Assembly: GCA_022843845.1 (NCBI GenBank) | Contig: JALHMW010000002.1 | Coordinates: 91,559 to 155,558 of the forward strand | Direction: 5' to 3' | Length of the DNA stretch: 64,000 nt | Source: Archangium sp. | GTDB taxonomy: Bacteria > Myxococcota > Myxococcia > Myxococcales > Myxococcaceae | Shown here: positions 1 through 9,838 of the stretch, in pieces | Position numbering within the stretch: the first letter of the stretch is position 1 | How the letters are laid out: every line of letters begins with the position of its first letter | Made by a program: the position numbers and the translations under genes | The notes under the pieces: generated by a model | What the model was told of the DNA's origin: nothing | Database searches by the model: none | Seen by the model: the letters and a program-made list of their open reading frames with translations, nothing else

Positions 1-444
1 AACCTCAAGCAGCAGAGCCTGATGCGGCAGATGCGCAACGTGAACTGGCGGGGCTTCGTGGTGACGCGCCTGCACGCGCGCTACGACAAGAAGTCACTGG
101 GTGAAGACCTGGTCTTCCGCGCCGCGCCGCCCATTGCTGGAGGCCGCGAGTTCCTCGCCAACGGCAGCACGCTGGAGCAGGGCGCCGTGCCGTACGGCAC
201 CAACCAGTTCCAGGGCCGCTACGCGATTCGGTACCCGTGGGAAGGCCCGGTCGCTTGTTCCAACCCCGTGCGAGGCCGGTGGGGCGGCAACCCGAACGGA
301 GGACGAGGCCGGCCCGAGCCGCTCCAGAACTCGGCTTTCGTACCCCGCAACAAGGACCTCGGCGGCTTCGTCGAGAGCCCCGTCGCGGAGCTCGGCGTGA
401 AGGGCAAGAAGAAGACGGCAGGCACCCCGGTGAACGTGAAGTGA
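1..444 (+). CDS. 3' end of a secreted DUF2330-like protein; the gene starts upstream of the window and is a paralog of the next gene
   Basis: Open frame from nt 1. The C-terminal ~90 aa (WRGFVVTRLHARYDK..GRYAIRYPW..NPVRGRWGGNPNGG) are about 80% identical to the C-terminus of the 456..1979 product. Good GC3 bias. Confidence 0.6.
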   Translation, partial: NLKQQSLMRQMRNVNWRGFVVTRLHARYDKKSLGEDLVFRAAPPIAGGREFLANGSTLEQGAVPYGTNQFQGRYAIRYPWEGPVACSNPVRGRWGGNPNGGRGRPEPLQNSAFVPRNKDLGGFVESPVAELGVKGKKKTAGTPVNVK

Positions 445-455
445 GGACTCGAGAT

Positions 456-1979
456 ATGAAAATCCTGTTCGCAGCAGTCACAGCGCTCCTGTCGACGAGC
501 GCGTCGGCGTTCTGTGGCTTCTACGTCGCCGGTGGTGGCGCAGAGCTCTTCAACAACGCGACCCAGGTCGTCCTGATGCGCAACGGCACCCGCACGGTGC
601 TGTCGATGCAGAATAACTACCAGGGCCCGCCTGAAGACTTCGCGATGGTCATTCCGGTGCCGGTGGTGCTGCAGAAAGAGAACGTGAAGACGCTGAGCAA
701 GTCGATCTTCGACAAGGTCGACAAGCTCTCGGCGCCGCGCCTCGTCGAGTACTGGGAGCAGGACCCCTGCTACGTGCCGCCCGAGCCGAGGTACGACCGC
801 CGACGCGGGGTGCCGAAGAGTGCACCGGCCACGCGTGAGATGGCCGACGAGAGCGTCGAGCGGGACTTCGGGGTGAAGGTCGAGGCGAAGTTCGAGGTCG
901 GTGAGTACGAGGTCGTCATCCTCTCGGCGAAGGACGCGCTGGGTCTCGAGCTGTACCTGAAGGCCAGCAAGTACAAGATCCCCTCGGGCGCCGAGCCGTT
1001 GTTCCGCCCGTACATTCAGCAGGGCATGAAGTTCTTCGTCGCCCGGGTGAACTCGAAGAAGGTCACCTTCGTCGACGGCCAGGCGAAGCTCTCGCCGCTG
1101 CGCTTTCACTACGACTCCGAGAAGTTCGAGCTGCCGGTGCGCCTGGGGCTCATCAACGCGAAGGACAAGCAGGATCTGATCGTCCACATCCTCGCGCGCA
1201 ACCAGCGGTACGAAGCGGCGAACTACGCGAACACCACCATCCCCACGAACATCGATCTCGTGCCCAGCACCAAGAACGAGTTCGGGCCGTTCTACGCCTC
1301 GCTCTTCGACAAGACGCTGGCGAAGACCCCGAAGTCGGTCGTCACCGAGTACGCGTGGGACTCGAGCACGTGTGATCCGTGCCCCATCCCTGCGCTCGAC
1401 GAGTCCGATCTCACGACGCTCGGCCTCGACGTGCTCGACTCGGCGAAGTTCGTCGCGCCCGAGATCGAGGTGAAGAACATGAACAAGCTCGATCCGCAGG
1501 ATCAGCAGACCGTCACGCAGTACTTGAGCGCGATTCAGCAGCAGGTCCGTGCGCGCCACACCGGCGGGCAGGGCGCGTGGGGCTTCGTGCTGACCCGCCT
1601 CCATGCGCGCTACGACAAGACCTCACTGGGCGAAGATCTCGTCTTCAAGGCCGCGCCGCCGATCGCGGGTGGTCGCGAGTTCCTCACCAACGGCACGAGC
1701 CTCGAGCAGGGCTCGGTCTCGTCGGGCAACAACCAGTTCCAGGGGCGCTACGCGATTCGCTACCCGTGGGCCGGGCCGATCGCCTGCAAGAACCCGGTTC
1801 GCGGCCGCTGGGGCGGAAACCCGAATGGTGGAGGCAGCGCGCCGCTGGCCGCGCAAGACACGGCCTTCGCGCCACGCGGCAAGGATCTCGGAACGTTCGC
1901 CGAGAGCCCGGTGTCGGAGCTGGGCGTGAGCGGGAAGAAAGAGCGCGCTGGTCAGCCCGTGAACCTCGTGAAGAAGTGA
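456..1979 (+). CDS. Secreted DUF2330-like protein, tandem paralog of the upstream gene
   Basis: ATG at 456 follows the stop at 442-444. Signal peptide MKILFAAVTALLSTSASAF, then FCGFYVAGG. DUF2330 assignment is from memory of the N-terminal CGF(Y/F)V motif. Conserved C-terminal block shared with 1..444. Confidence 0.7.
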   Translation: MKILFAAVTALLSTSASAFCGFYVAGGGAELFNNATQVVLMRNGTRTVLSMQNNYQGPPEDFAMVIPVPVVLQKENVKTLSKSIFDKVDKLSAPRLVEYWEQDPCYVPPEPRYDRRRGVPKSAPATREMADESVERDFGVKVEAKFEVGEYEVVILSAKDALGLELYLKASKYKIPSGAEPLFRPYIQQGMKFFVARVNSKKVTFVDGQAKLSPLRFHYDSEKFELPVRLGLINAKDKQDLIVHILARNQRYEAANYANTTIPTNIDLVPSTKNEFGPFYASLFDKTLAKTPKSVVTEYAWDSSTCDPCPIPALDESDLTTLGLDVLDSAKFVAPEIEVKNMNKLDPQDQQTVTQYLSAIQQQVRARHTGGQGAWGFVLTRLHARYDKTSLGEDLVFKAAPPIAGGREFLTNGTSLEQGSVSSGNNQFQGRYAIRYPWAGPIACKNPVRGRWGGNPNGGGSAPLAAQDTAFAPRGKDLGTFAESPVSELGVSGKKERAGQPVNLVKK

Positions 1980-1983
1980 CGCC

Positions 1984-4056
1984 ATGCTGCTGACCCTCGT
2001 CGCCACGCTCCTCGCCGTCGAGCCGGTCCTGCCGGTCGACCGATCGATCTGGGCGCCGGGTCAGCTGACGCAGGATCAGCAGGGCCACGCGCCGTCGGCC
2101 AACGTCGACGACGCGAAGGTCTGCGGCAGCTGTCACACCGACATCGCCGCGCAGTGGCGAACGAGCGCGCACTCGCTGGCCTCGTTCAGCAACCCGCTCT
2201 ACCGCGTGTCGGTCGAGCAGGTCCGCGCCGAGGCCGGCTTCGCGGCCAGCCGCATGTGCGCCGGGTGTCACGATCTCGCGCTGCTCACCTCGGGCGGCAT
2301 GGACAAGGCGATCGACCCGGCCGACCCGCGCGCGCACGCCGGCGTCAGCTGCACGAGCTGCCACAGCGCGACCCACGCGACCGTCGATGGCAACGGGAGC
2401 CTCACGCTCCGCTCCGACGACGCGCTGCCCGAGAAGATCGAAGACGCGACGATCGAGAACCACAGGAAGCGCGTGGGCAACCCGACGCTCCGCACCGTCG
2501 AGCTGTGCGCCAGCTGTCATCGCTCGTTCCTCAGTCAGGCGACCGGGAACCAGTCTGCGTTCTTCGGCATGGACGACTTCGGGGCCTGGCAGAAGTCTGC
2601 GTACAACGGCTCGCACGGCGAGCGCCCCGACGCGGTGAAGGCGCAGGACTGCCGCGGCTGCCACATGCTGAAGGAGCCCGCGGTGCTGGGCGACGTGTCC
2701 GCGAAGAAGGGCCAGATCACCTCGCACCGGTTTCTGGGCTCCCACACCGCGCTCGCGGCGATGCGCTCTGACGCCGACACGCTCGCGCGCGTGCAGGCCT
2801 TCCTGAAAGACGCAGTGACCGTCGACGTCGCTGCCGCGCGAGTTGGAGAAGGGCCGTGGCTGCCTGCGGCGTCGCTGGTGGCGCCGAAGCCCGGGCAGAC
2901 GTTCGAGGTCGACGTCGTGATGTTCAACGAGCGCGTCGGGCACCGCTTTCCGGGCAGCGTGATGGACAACCAGGGCACCACGCTCGAGGTCGCGCTGCTC
3001 GCGAAGGACGGCAGGCGGCTGGCGCTGGCTGATGCACACGAGCTCCGCGCCGAGGTCGTCGCCCTCGACGGAGAGCCGCTTCACGAGCGCCAGACGCACC
3101 AGTTCGTCAGCGCCGTCTGGAATCACACCGTGCCCGCGCGTGACGCGAGGGCCGTGCGGGTCGGCTTCGAGGTGCCGTCGGGGCTCTCGCCGCGTGACTT
3201 CCCGCTCTCGGTGCGCGCGCAGGTGATTCACCGCACGAGGTTGTCCGAGCTCCACGCGCGGGCCTGCGCTGACTCGCGAACGCCGAATGGCGCCGCGTTC
3301 GTCGACGCTGCAGACAGGCTGCTGGGGCAACGTCTCGACGCCTGCGCAGACGCCCCGGCCACGACGATCGGCAGCGCCACCGTTGCGCTGACGGGCAAGG
3401 GCACGCCGACCTTCGACTCCGCCTATCGCCGTGGGCTCGCGCTGAGTGTCTCGCTTCAGGAATATCTGGGTGAAGCCGAGAAGGCGTTCGGGTTCGCGCG
3501 TGCGGCGGCGAAGACGACTCAGACGAAGGGCAGGGCGCTATGGGGCCAGGCCTCGATCGCCGGCAAGCGTGGCCAGACCGACGAGGCGCTGAAGCTGCTC
3601 CAGTCGGCGCAGCTGGCCCTTGGTGAGCTGCCCTCGGTGTGGAAGACCCGCGGAGACATCTACGCGCAGGTGTGGCGCTGGCCGCTCGCCGCAGAGGCCT
3701 ATCGACGCGCCTCGCAGCTGGCGCCCAACGACGTCACCGTCTGGCAGGCGCTCGCGATGGCCGAAGCCAGTGCTGGGCGGTACCCCGAGGCGCTGGAGGC
3801 TGCGCAGGCCGGCATCCGGTTGTTCCCGCGTGATGCCGACTGTCTGCGGGTTCAGGCGCTCGCGCTCGGGCAGCTCGGGGCGCTCCCCGAAATTCGTGAG
3901 AAGTCGCTGGCCGTCGCGCTCGAGTGGCGCGCGCCTGATGATGGCCCTTCCGCCAAGGGCAAGTGCAGCAAGCGCATCGTGGGCTGTGCGGAGCGGCGCA
4001 ACCCCGTGCCTCGCTACCAGGCCGTTCCGACGGCCCCGCTCGCCGCCGCGCCCTGA
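1984..4056 (+). CDS. Pentaheme c-type cytochrome with a C-terminal TPR domain
   Basis: Five CxxCH motifs: CGSCH, CAGCH, CTSCH, CASCH, CRGCH. N-terminal hydrophobic signal/anchor. The C-terminal ~200 aa are TPR-like (GRALWGQASIAGKRGQTDEALKLL.., AYRRASQLAPNDVTVWQALAMA..). ATG lies 5 nt after the previous stop. Confidence 0.8.
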   Translation: MLLTLVATLLAVEPVLPVDRSIWAPGQLTQDQQGHAPSANVDDAKVCGSCHTDIAAQWRTSAHSLASFSNPLYRVSVEQVRAEAGFAASRMCAGCHDLALLTSGGMDKAIDPADPRAHAGVSCTSCHSATHATVDGNGSLTLRSDDALPEKIEDATIENHRKRVGNPTLRTVELCASCHRSFLSQATGNQSAFFGMDDFGAWQKSAYNGSHGERPDAVKAQDCRGCHMLKEPAVLGDVSAKKGQITSHRFLGSHTALAAMRSDADTLARVQAFLKDAVTVDVAAARVGEGPWLPAASLVAPKPGQTFEVDVVMFNERVGHRFPGSVMDNQGTTLEVALLAKDGRRLALADAHELRAEVVALDGEPLHERQTHQFVSAVWNHTVPARDARAVRVGFEVPSGLSPRDFPLSVRAQVIHRTRLSELHARACADSRTPNGAAFVDAADRLLGQRLDACADAPATTIGSATVALTGKGTPTFDSAYRRGLALSVSLQEYLGEAEKAFGFARAAAKTTQTKGRALWGQASIAGKRGQTDEALKLLQSAQLALGELPSVWKTRGDIYAQVWRWPLAAEAYRRASQLAPNDVTVWQALAMAEASAGRYPEALEAAQAGIRLFPRDADCLRVQALALGQLGALPEIREKSLAVALEWRAPDDGPSAKGKCSKRIVGCAERRNPVPRYQAVPTAPLAAAP

Positions 4057-4067
4057 ACTCCCAGCGC

Positions 4068-5507
4068 ATGACCCTGCCCGATCCGTCTGATCGCCTGTCG
4101 CCATCGCTTGGGGACTCGTCCTGGCACGACGTGCTCGCGGCGCTCCTGGTGCTGTGGAGAGACACGCGGCACCCCCGGGTGGCTGAGGCGATCGACGAGG
4201 TCTCGACGCGCCTCGACGCGAACACCCTGTGCCCTGGAGGTCCGACGCTTCAGAAGCGTCTGGCGGCGTGGAACGAGCTCGAGTCGGGGCGCTCCGTCGG
4301 ATCTCTTCGGGTGCTGCTGCGGGGGCTGCGAGGCCTTCGTCGCGAGCCCCTGGCTGACTGCCTCGAGCGTCTCGCCGCCTGGCCCGCGGACCCGCGTCTG
4401 GTGGCGTGGCACGAAGCAGCACTCGACGAGCTGTCTGCCGAGCTGCACCTGCCCCACCTCGTTCGTCTCGGCGACCCGCGAGTGCTGCCGGCCCTCGAGG
4501 CGCTGCTCACTCGATGCGGCGCAGGAACCTCGCGGCCCGTCGTCGAGCTGCGTGAGCGGCTCCGACCGGCGATCGCCACGCTGGCGCGAGAGCGCGTTCG
4601 AGCAGTGTCGTCTGCAGATCTCGCCGTCATCGAGCGCCTGGTCGGTACGGCCCGCGCACAGGTGGCGACGGCGAACCAGACCCGTCAGCAGCTCTTCGCA
4701 GAAGTCTTCGCGCACCCGGCCGACGATGCGCGACGCGCGGTCCTTGCCGACTTTCTGCAGGCCGAGGGCGACCCACGAGGCGAGTTCATCGCGCTGCAGC
4801 TCGCCGCGGAGTTACAGCCCTTGCGAGGCGAAGCGCTGCGGGCGGAGCGGCGACTCCTCGCGACGTGGGGCGACGAATGGCTGGCGCCGTTGTCGGCCTC
4901 GATCCTCAAAGGGGCGACGTTTCGTCGGGGGTTTCCGTCGGCTTGCGCGCTGCGGGTCGTTCGGCCCGAGGCGCTCGACGCTCCAGCCTGGGCCACCATC
5001 GAGCGCATCGACGCCTCGGGGCTCGGTGCCGAAGCGCCCGGAGCGCTCTTCTCGATGGCGCGCATGCCCGCGCTGCGCTGGCTCAACTCGATCGATCCGT
5101 CGATCTTCGAGGCGCCCGAGCCGGTCGCCGTCGAGACCCTGGTCGCGAACTACTTCTGGGAGCCGCAGCTGGACGCGTTGCTGAAGACGACGAGCTTCCC
5201 GCGTCTTCGTGAGCTCCTCGTCGACGGATCTCCAGTTCGCCTCGACCCAATGAAGCTCGACCCGCTCGCCGCGGCTCCCGTTGGCGCGACGTTGCGTCGG
5301 CTCGCGTGCGCCATTCCCGATGACGCGACGGCTCGTTGGCTTCGAAACCTGCGCACCCACCGCGGGCCGCTGACCGAGGTTGCGCTGTCGGCGGTCTCAG
5401 GCGAGTGGACGATGACGCTCCGGCCCGCGAGCACCGGGCTGCGAATTCAGGCTGGGCAATGGGCCACCCCCGAGCTCGAGGCGCGACACCGCGAGCTGCT
5501 CGCCTGA
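4068..5507 (+). CDS. TIGR02996 repeat-companion domain protein with an LRR-like C-terminus
   Basis: Internal motif ADDARRAVLADFLQAEGDPRGEFIALQLAAE matches the Gemmata/Myxococcus TIGR02996 signature. The leucine-rich C-terminal half resembles LRR. ATG at 4068 is the first start after the cytochrome stop; the track ORF begins at 3963 inside the upstream gene. Confidence 0.6.
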   Translation: MTLPDPSDRLSPSLGDSSWHDVLAALLVLWRDTRHPRVAEAIDEVSTRLDANTLCPGGPTLQKRLAAWNELESGRSVGSLRVLLRGLRGLRREPLADCLERLAAWPADPRLVAWHEAALDELSAELHLPHLVRLGDPRVLPALEALLTRCGAGTSRPVVELRERLRPAIATLARERVRAVSSADLAVIERLVGTARAQVATANQTRQQLFAEVFAHPADDARRAVLADFLQAEGDPRGEFIALQLAAELQPLRGEALRAERRLLATWGDEWLAPLSASILKGATFRRGFPSACALRVVRPEALDAPAWATIERIDASGLGAEAPGALFSMARMPALRWLNSIDPSIFEAPEPVAVETLVANYFWEPQLDALLKTTSFPRLRELLVDGSPVRLDPMKLDPLAAAPVGATLRRLACAIPDDATARWLRNLRTHRGPLTEVALSAVSGEWTMTLRPASTGLRIQAGQWATPELEARHRELLA

Positions 5508-5664
5508 TCTTTCGGGCGGTTGCTGCGAGTGCGAGGCGCGCGTCGTAGACGTCCGTCAAAACAATCGCTTGCCTCTTGTGCGGCTGCGAAATCAGGGGGC
5601 TTGACCCGCGCGTGGCCCGGCGACATACACGACGCGTCGCATCCCTTCTTTCGTGGAGACGAAC

Positions 5665-6843
5665 ATGGCTCGAGACGTGGTGATCGTTGGCGCAGCGCGG
5701 ACGGCGGTTGGTGCATTTCAGGGAGCGCTCGCGTCGATGCGGGCTCCCGAGCTCGGTGCCGTGGCCATCAAGGCGGCGCTCGAGCGTGCTGGCATCAAGC
5801 CGGAGCTCGTCGAGCAGATCTTCATGGGCAACGTGCTCCAGGCTGGTGTTGGCCAGGCGCCTGCGCGTCAGGCCGGGCGCCTCGCTGGACTCCCCGATGG
5901 CACGCCCGCCGTCACCGTCAACAAGGTCTGCGGCTCAGGCCTCCAAGCCGTCGTCAACGCGTACCAGACGATTGCCCTGGGCGAGGCCGACGTGGTGGTC
6001 GCTGGTGGCATGGAGTCGATGACGAACGCTCCGTACATTTCGAACCAGCTGCGTGGCGGCGCCCGCATGGGCAACGTCGAGTTCAAGGACTCGATGATGT
6101 CCGACGGCCTCACCGACGCGTACGACAACGTCGCGATGGGCGTCTGCGCCGAGGCGTGCGCCGACTCGATGAAGATCTCACGCTCGGCTCAGGATGAGTT
6201 CGCGGTCGAGTCGACCAATCGGGCCATCCGCTCGCAGAAAGAGGGCCTGTTCAAGGCCGAGATCGTCGGCGTGCCGGTGCCGCAGAAGAAGGGCGACCCG
6301 ATCATGTTCCTCGAGGACGAGGGCCCGAAGAACGCGAAGCCCGAGAAGATCCCCACGCTCAAGCCGGTCTTCAAGAAGGACGGCACGATCACCGCCGCGA
6401 ACGCCTCGTCGATCAACGACGGCGCGGCGGCGCTGGTGCTGATGAGCGCCGACAAGGCGAAGGCGCTCAACCTGCCGATCCTCGGCCGCATCACGGGTCA
6501 CGCCGCCGCAGCTCGCAAGCCGGTCGAGTTCACGATCGCGCCCGCAGACGCGATCAACAAGCTGCTGACCAAGAACGGCAAGACGGTCGCCGACATCGAC
6601 ACCTGGGAGATCAACGAGGCCTTCGCGGTCGTCTCGCTCGCGAACAACCAGCTGCTCAAGCTCGACCCCTCGAAGGTCAACATCCGCGGCGGCGCGGTGA
6701 CGCTCGGTCACCCGATCGGCGCGTCGGGCGCGCGCGTGCTCGTGACGCTCCTGCACACGATGAAGGATCACAACTTCAAGCGCGGCATCGCCTCGCTCTG
6801 CATCGGCGGCGGTGAAGGCATCGCGCTGATGGTCGAGCGCTGA
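5665..6843 (+). CDS. Acetyl-CoA C-acetyltransferase (thiolase II)
   Basis: MARDVVIVGAARTAVGAFQG.., active-site blocks NKVCGSGLQAV, GHPIGASGAR, CIGGGEGIA. GGAGA Shine-Dalgarno 5 nt before the ATG at 5665. Confidence 0.9.
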   Translation: MARDVVIVGAARTAVGAFQGALASMRAPELGAVAIKAALERAGIKPELVEQIFMGNVLQAGVGQAPARQAGRLAGLPDGTPAVTVNKVCGSGLQAVVNAYQTIALGEADVVVAGGMESMTNAPYISNQLRGGARMGNVEFKDSMMSDGLTDAYDNVAMGVCAEACADSMKISRSAQDEFAVESTNRAIRSQKEGLFKAEIVGVPVPQKKGDPIMFLEDEGPKNAKPEKIPTLKPVFKKDGTITAANASSINDGAAALVLMSADKAKALNLPILGRITGHAAAARKPVEFTIAPADAINKLLTKNGKTVADIDTWEINEAFAVVSLANNQLLKLDPSKVNIRGGAVTLGHPIGASGARVLVTLLHTMKDHNFKRGIASLCIGGGEGIALMVER

Positions 6844-6891
6844 GCCGACGGTAACGCCAGCCGAGGCCGTCTCCGGGCTCTGGAGGCGGCC

Positions 6892-7146
6892 TCACCTCTT
6901 CGTCGGACCGACGATCAGATCTCGAATCGCCCACCCGACGCCTGCGACGCCGCAGACGAGCAGGGCGCTCGAGACCTCCCAGGCGAACTCGCCTGCGGTC
7001 CGTTCGTTTTCGCTCGAGAGGAGTCGATGGGTGGAGTGGAAGAACGAGTCGGCCCACGGAGCCAGGGCGACGCCCAGACCGCCGATCATCAGGCTCGCGA
7101 CCAACAGGCCAAGGCTCGACCACCGACCAGGAGTCTCCGTGCGCAT
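6892..7146 (-). CDS. Possible small two-TM membrane protein
   Basis: 84-aa ORF with two hydrophobic helices in the gap between the thiolase and the lipoprotein gene. No homology recognised. Confidence 0.25.
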   Translation of the reverse strand: MRTETPGRWSSLGLLVASLMIGGLGVALAPWADSFFHSTHRLLSSENERTAGEFAWEVSSALLVCGVAGVGWAIRDLIVGPTKR

Positions 7147-7147
7147 G

Positions 7148-7567
7148 CCGACGTCACTTCATCACACCCTCGTGGCCTTGCTCCTGTTCGCCGGCTGCAA
7201 GCCCCCGCCCCACGCTGCGGTCACCAGCTGCAAAGAGGTGTTCCTGTCGACGAACGACGCGGAGGACTGCACGATCAGCGTCGAGCGCTTCATCGACGAG
7301 TCTTCCCGGGCGACGATCTCCACCGAGTCGCGTAACTTCAAGGTGCACGTGACCCTCCGGCTGGCCCTCGCGAAGGGTGAAGTGCAGGTGAACGTGAACG
7401 GCAGCCCCGGCGTGGTCGCGACCTCGAAGCTCGCGCCTGGCGCGCCGGTCACCCTCGAGCTCGACGTCCCGCTCAACCGCCACTCCCGCAGCTTCTCCAT
7501 CGAGCTCATTCCCCTGAGCGGCGCTCCAGCCGGGCTCTCAGGCACGCTCTCCCATCACGCGATCTGA
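7148..7567 (+). CDS. Lipoprotein, hypothetical
   Basis: MPTSLHHTLVALLLFAGCKPP has a lipobox (LFAGC). Lies between the thiolase and scoA. The track ORF starts earlier, at 7031. Confidence 0.5.
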   Translation, partial: PTSLHHTLVALLLFAGCKPPPHAAVTSCKEVFLSTNDAEDCTISVERFIDESSRATISTESRNFKVHVTLRLALAKGEVQVNVNGSPGVVATSKLAPGAPVTLELDVPLNRHSRSFSIELIPLSGAPAGLSGTLSHHAI

Positions 7568-7622
7568 CGGCCCGCTGCGTTCACTGTTGTGATCGACGCG
7601 GGCCTGCGAAAGAAGGCACTCC

Positions 7623-8321
7623 ATGAACAAGGTCGTCGCTTCGGCCGACGAGGCCGTCAAAGACATTCCCGACAACGTCACCATCATGTCCGGAGGCTTC
7701 GGCCTCTGTGGCAACCCCGAGAACCTCATCACGGCGCTGCTGAAGAAGAACGTGAAGGGGCTCACGATCATCGCCAACAACTGCGGCACGACCGACCTCG
7801 GGCTCGGCGTGCTGCTGAAGAACAAGCAGGTGAAGAAGATGGTCTCGTCCTACGTGGGCGAGAACAAGGAGTTCGAGCGCCAGTTCCTCTCGGGCGAGCT
7901 CCAGGTCGAGCTGAACCCGCAGGGCACGCTGGCCGAGCGCATTCGGGCTGGTGGCGCGGGCATCGGCGGCTTCTTCGTTCGCACCGGCGTCGGCACCGAG
8001 GTCGCGAAGGGAAAAGAGGTGCGCGTCATCGACGGGCATGAGTACGTGCTCGAGACGCCGCTCAAGGCCGACTTCGCGATCGTGCGCGCGTGGAAGGCGG
8101 ACCTGTGGGGCAACCTCGTGTTCCGCAAGACGGCCCGCAACTTCTCGCCGCTGATGTGCATGGCCGCCAGGGTGACCATCGTCGAGGCCGAGCACATCGT
8201 GCCGGTCGGAGACATCGAGCCCGACCAGGTGCACGTGCCGTCCGTCTACGTGAATCGTGTCGTGCTGTCGCAGGGCCTCAACAGGTGGATCGAGCGACGC
8301 ACCGTTCGCGCGCGCGCCTGA
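7623..8321 (+). CDS. scoA: Succinyl-CoA:3-ketoacid CoA-transferase subunit A
   Basis: Strong family match: [61 protein letters not shown]-like aagaagg upstream. Confidence 0.9.
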   Translation: MNKVVASADEAVKDIPDNVTIMSGGFGLCGNPENLITALLKKNVKGLTIIANNCGTTDLGLGVLLKNKQVKKMVSSYVGENKEFERQFLSGELQVELNPQGTLAERIRAGGAGIGGFFVRTGVGTEVAKGKEVRVIDGHEYVLETPLKADFAIVRAWKADLWGNLVFRKTARNFSPLMCMAARVTIVEAEHIVPVGDIEPDQVHVPSVYVNRVVLSQGLNRWIERRTVRARA

Positions 8322-8338
8322 AACAACGAGAGAAAACC

Positions 8339-8995
8339 ATGCCCCTGACTCGTGAACAGATCGCCAAGCGCGTCGCCCGCGAACTCCGTGACGGCTTCTA
8401 TGTCAACCTCGGCATCGGCCTGCCGACGTTGATCCCCAACTACATTCCGGAAGGCGTCGAAGTCGTGCTCCAGAGCGAGAACGGCATGCTCGGCACCGGC
8501 CCATACCCGCTCGACGGCGACGAGGACCCCGATCTCATCAACGCCGGCAAAGAGACGGTCACGGCCCTGCCCGGCGCGGCGTACTTCGACTCGGCGGCCA
8601 GCTTCGCGATGATCCGCGGCGGCCACATCGATCTCGCGGTGCTCGGCGCGATGGAGGTCTCGGAGTTCGGCGACCTCGCGAACTGGATGATCCCCGGCAA
8701 GATGGTCAAGGGCATGGGCGGCGCGATGGATCTCGCTGTCGGCGCCAAGCGGGTGATCGTCGCGATGGAGCACGCCACCAAGGACGGCGGGCACAAGATC
8801 CTGAAGGAGTGCGCGCTCCCGCTCACCAGCAAGCGCTGCATCAACGCCATCTGCACCGACCTCGCGTGGATCGACGTGACCGCTAAAGGCCTCGTGCTTC
8901 GCGAGCTCGCGCCCGGTGAGACCATCGAGTCGGTTCAGAAGCTGACGGGCCCGAAGCTCACGGTGGCTCCGGACTGCAAGACGATGGTGATCTGA
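8339..8995 (+). CDS. scoB: Succinyl-CoA:3-ketoacid CoA-transferase subunit B
   Basis: [41 protein letters not shown] 17 nt after the scoA stop. Confidence 0.9.
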   Translation: MPLTREQIAKRVARELRDGFYVNLGIGLPTLIPNYIPEGVEVVLQSENGMLGTGPYPLDGDEDPDLINAGKETVTALPGAAYFDSAASFAMIRGGHIDLAVLGAMEVSEFGDLANWMIPGKMVKGMGGAMDLAVGAKRVIVAMEHATKDGGHKILKECALPLTSKRCINAICTDLAWIDVTAKGLVLRELAPGETIESVQKLTGPKLTVAPDCKTMVI

Positions 8996-8998
8996 GAC

Positions 8999-9433
8999 GT
9001 GGTTGCGCCGCGACAGATCGTGACCTTCGAGGCATTGCTGATCGAGGTACGCGAGGTGACGAAAGAGGCGCCCTCGGGCTTTGGCGTCGCCATGGCGCAC
9101 TGCGCGCAGTCGATCGACTGCTCCATCGACGGCTACCCGAAGCCCGCAGCGTGGCCGGTGCGAGCGCTGATAGGCCCCATGGTGCTCAAGCGGTTCCTCA
9201 CGCAGGGCTTCATGCGGCACGACACCCACGCGCCAGTGCCGGGAGTTTCTCCGCCGCCTGCCGGCCTGAGCGCGGAAGAGGGCGTCGCCAGGCTCGAGGC
9301 GGCCATCGCCCGCTTCACCGCGCATTCGGGGCCCCTCGCGCCTCACTTCGCCTACGGCCCGGTCTCGAAGGCTGCCTACGAGGCCGTACACGCGATGCAC
9401 GCTGCCAATCACCTTGACGCCCTGCTCGTGTAA
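8999..9433 (+). CDS. Hypothetical protein, possibly DinB/YfiT-like (DUF1569-type) four-helix bundle
   Basis: GTG 3 nt after the scoB stop. C-terminal His-rich helix EAVHAMHAANHLDALL. Weak assignment. Confidence 0.4.
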   Translation: MVAPRQIVTFEALLIEVREVTKEAPSGFGVAMAHCAQSIDCSIDGYPKPAAWPVRALIGPMVLKRFLTQGFMRHDTHAPVPGVSPPPAGLSAEEGVARLEAAIARFTAHSGPLAPHFAYGPVSKAAYEAVHAMHAANHLDALLV

Positions 9434-9445
9434 GGTTCCGCCACC

Positions 9446-9838
9446 ATGCCCGACAAGGCCTCGAAACCGGTCGCTGACAAGTCCACCCGCAAGGCCGAGC
9501 GCCTGCAGCACGAGCTGCTCGTCGCCTATCGAACGGTCGACGGCTTCATCACCGACTGGGCCGTCAACATCAGCCGCGGTGGCATCTTCATCAACACGCG
9601 CAACCCGCTCCCGGCCAACAGCGTCGTGAGGCTCATCATCTCGCTGCCCGACGCGGCGTTTCCGTTCGATCTCACTGGCCGGGTCATTCGAGTGCAGCCG
9701 CACGATCCGCAGGGCGATCAGACCTCGGGCATGGGCATCGAGTTCATGGACGTCGATGACGAAAAGCGGGCCCGCCTCGAGCGTTTCGTCGATCGCCTGC
9801 GCGCCGAGCTGCCCGACGACGAGCCTGTGAAGAAGTGA
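9446..9838 (+). CDS. Single-domain PilZ protein (myxobacterial TIGR02266-type)
   Basis: RLQHELLVAYRTVDGFITDWAVNISRGGIFINT carries the RxxxR and D/NxSxGG c-di-GMP-binding signature. Confidence 0.75.
   Translation: MPDKASKPVADKSTRKAERLQHELLVAYRTVDGFITDWAVNISRGGIFINTRNPLPANSVVRLIISLPDAAFPFDLTGRVIRVQPHDPQGDQTSGMGIEFMDVDDEKRARLERFVDRLRAELPDDEPVKK

Noticed and set aside
219-3330. Long minus-strand ORFs (219..1604, 1623..2006, 1684..3330) antisense to the DUF2330-like and cytochrome genes
   Set aside because: R/A/G/H/D-rich low-complexity translations that share wobble positions with clearly coding plus-strand genes. These are classic GC3 shadow ORFs.
5598-5640. TTGACC-N17-CATACA sigma70-like promoter upstream of the thiolase
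   Set aside because: The -10 match is poor and GC-rich, and cannot be distinguished from chance in this composition. Left unannotated.
6862-6892. GAGGCCG-N16-CGGCCTC hairpin after the thiolase as a terminator
   Set aside because: Large loop and no real U-tract (ACCTCTTCGTC). Too weak to call.
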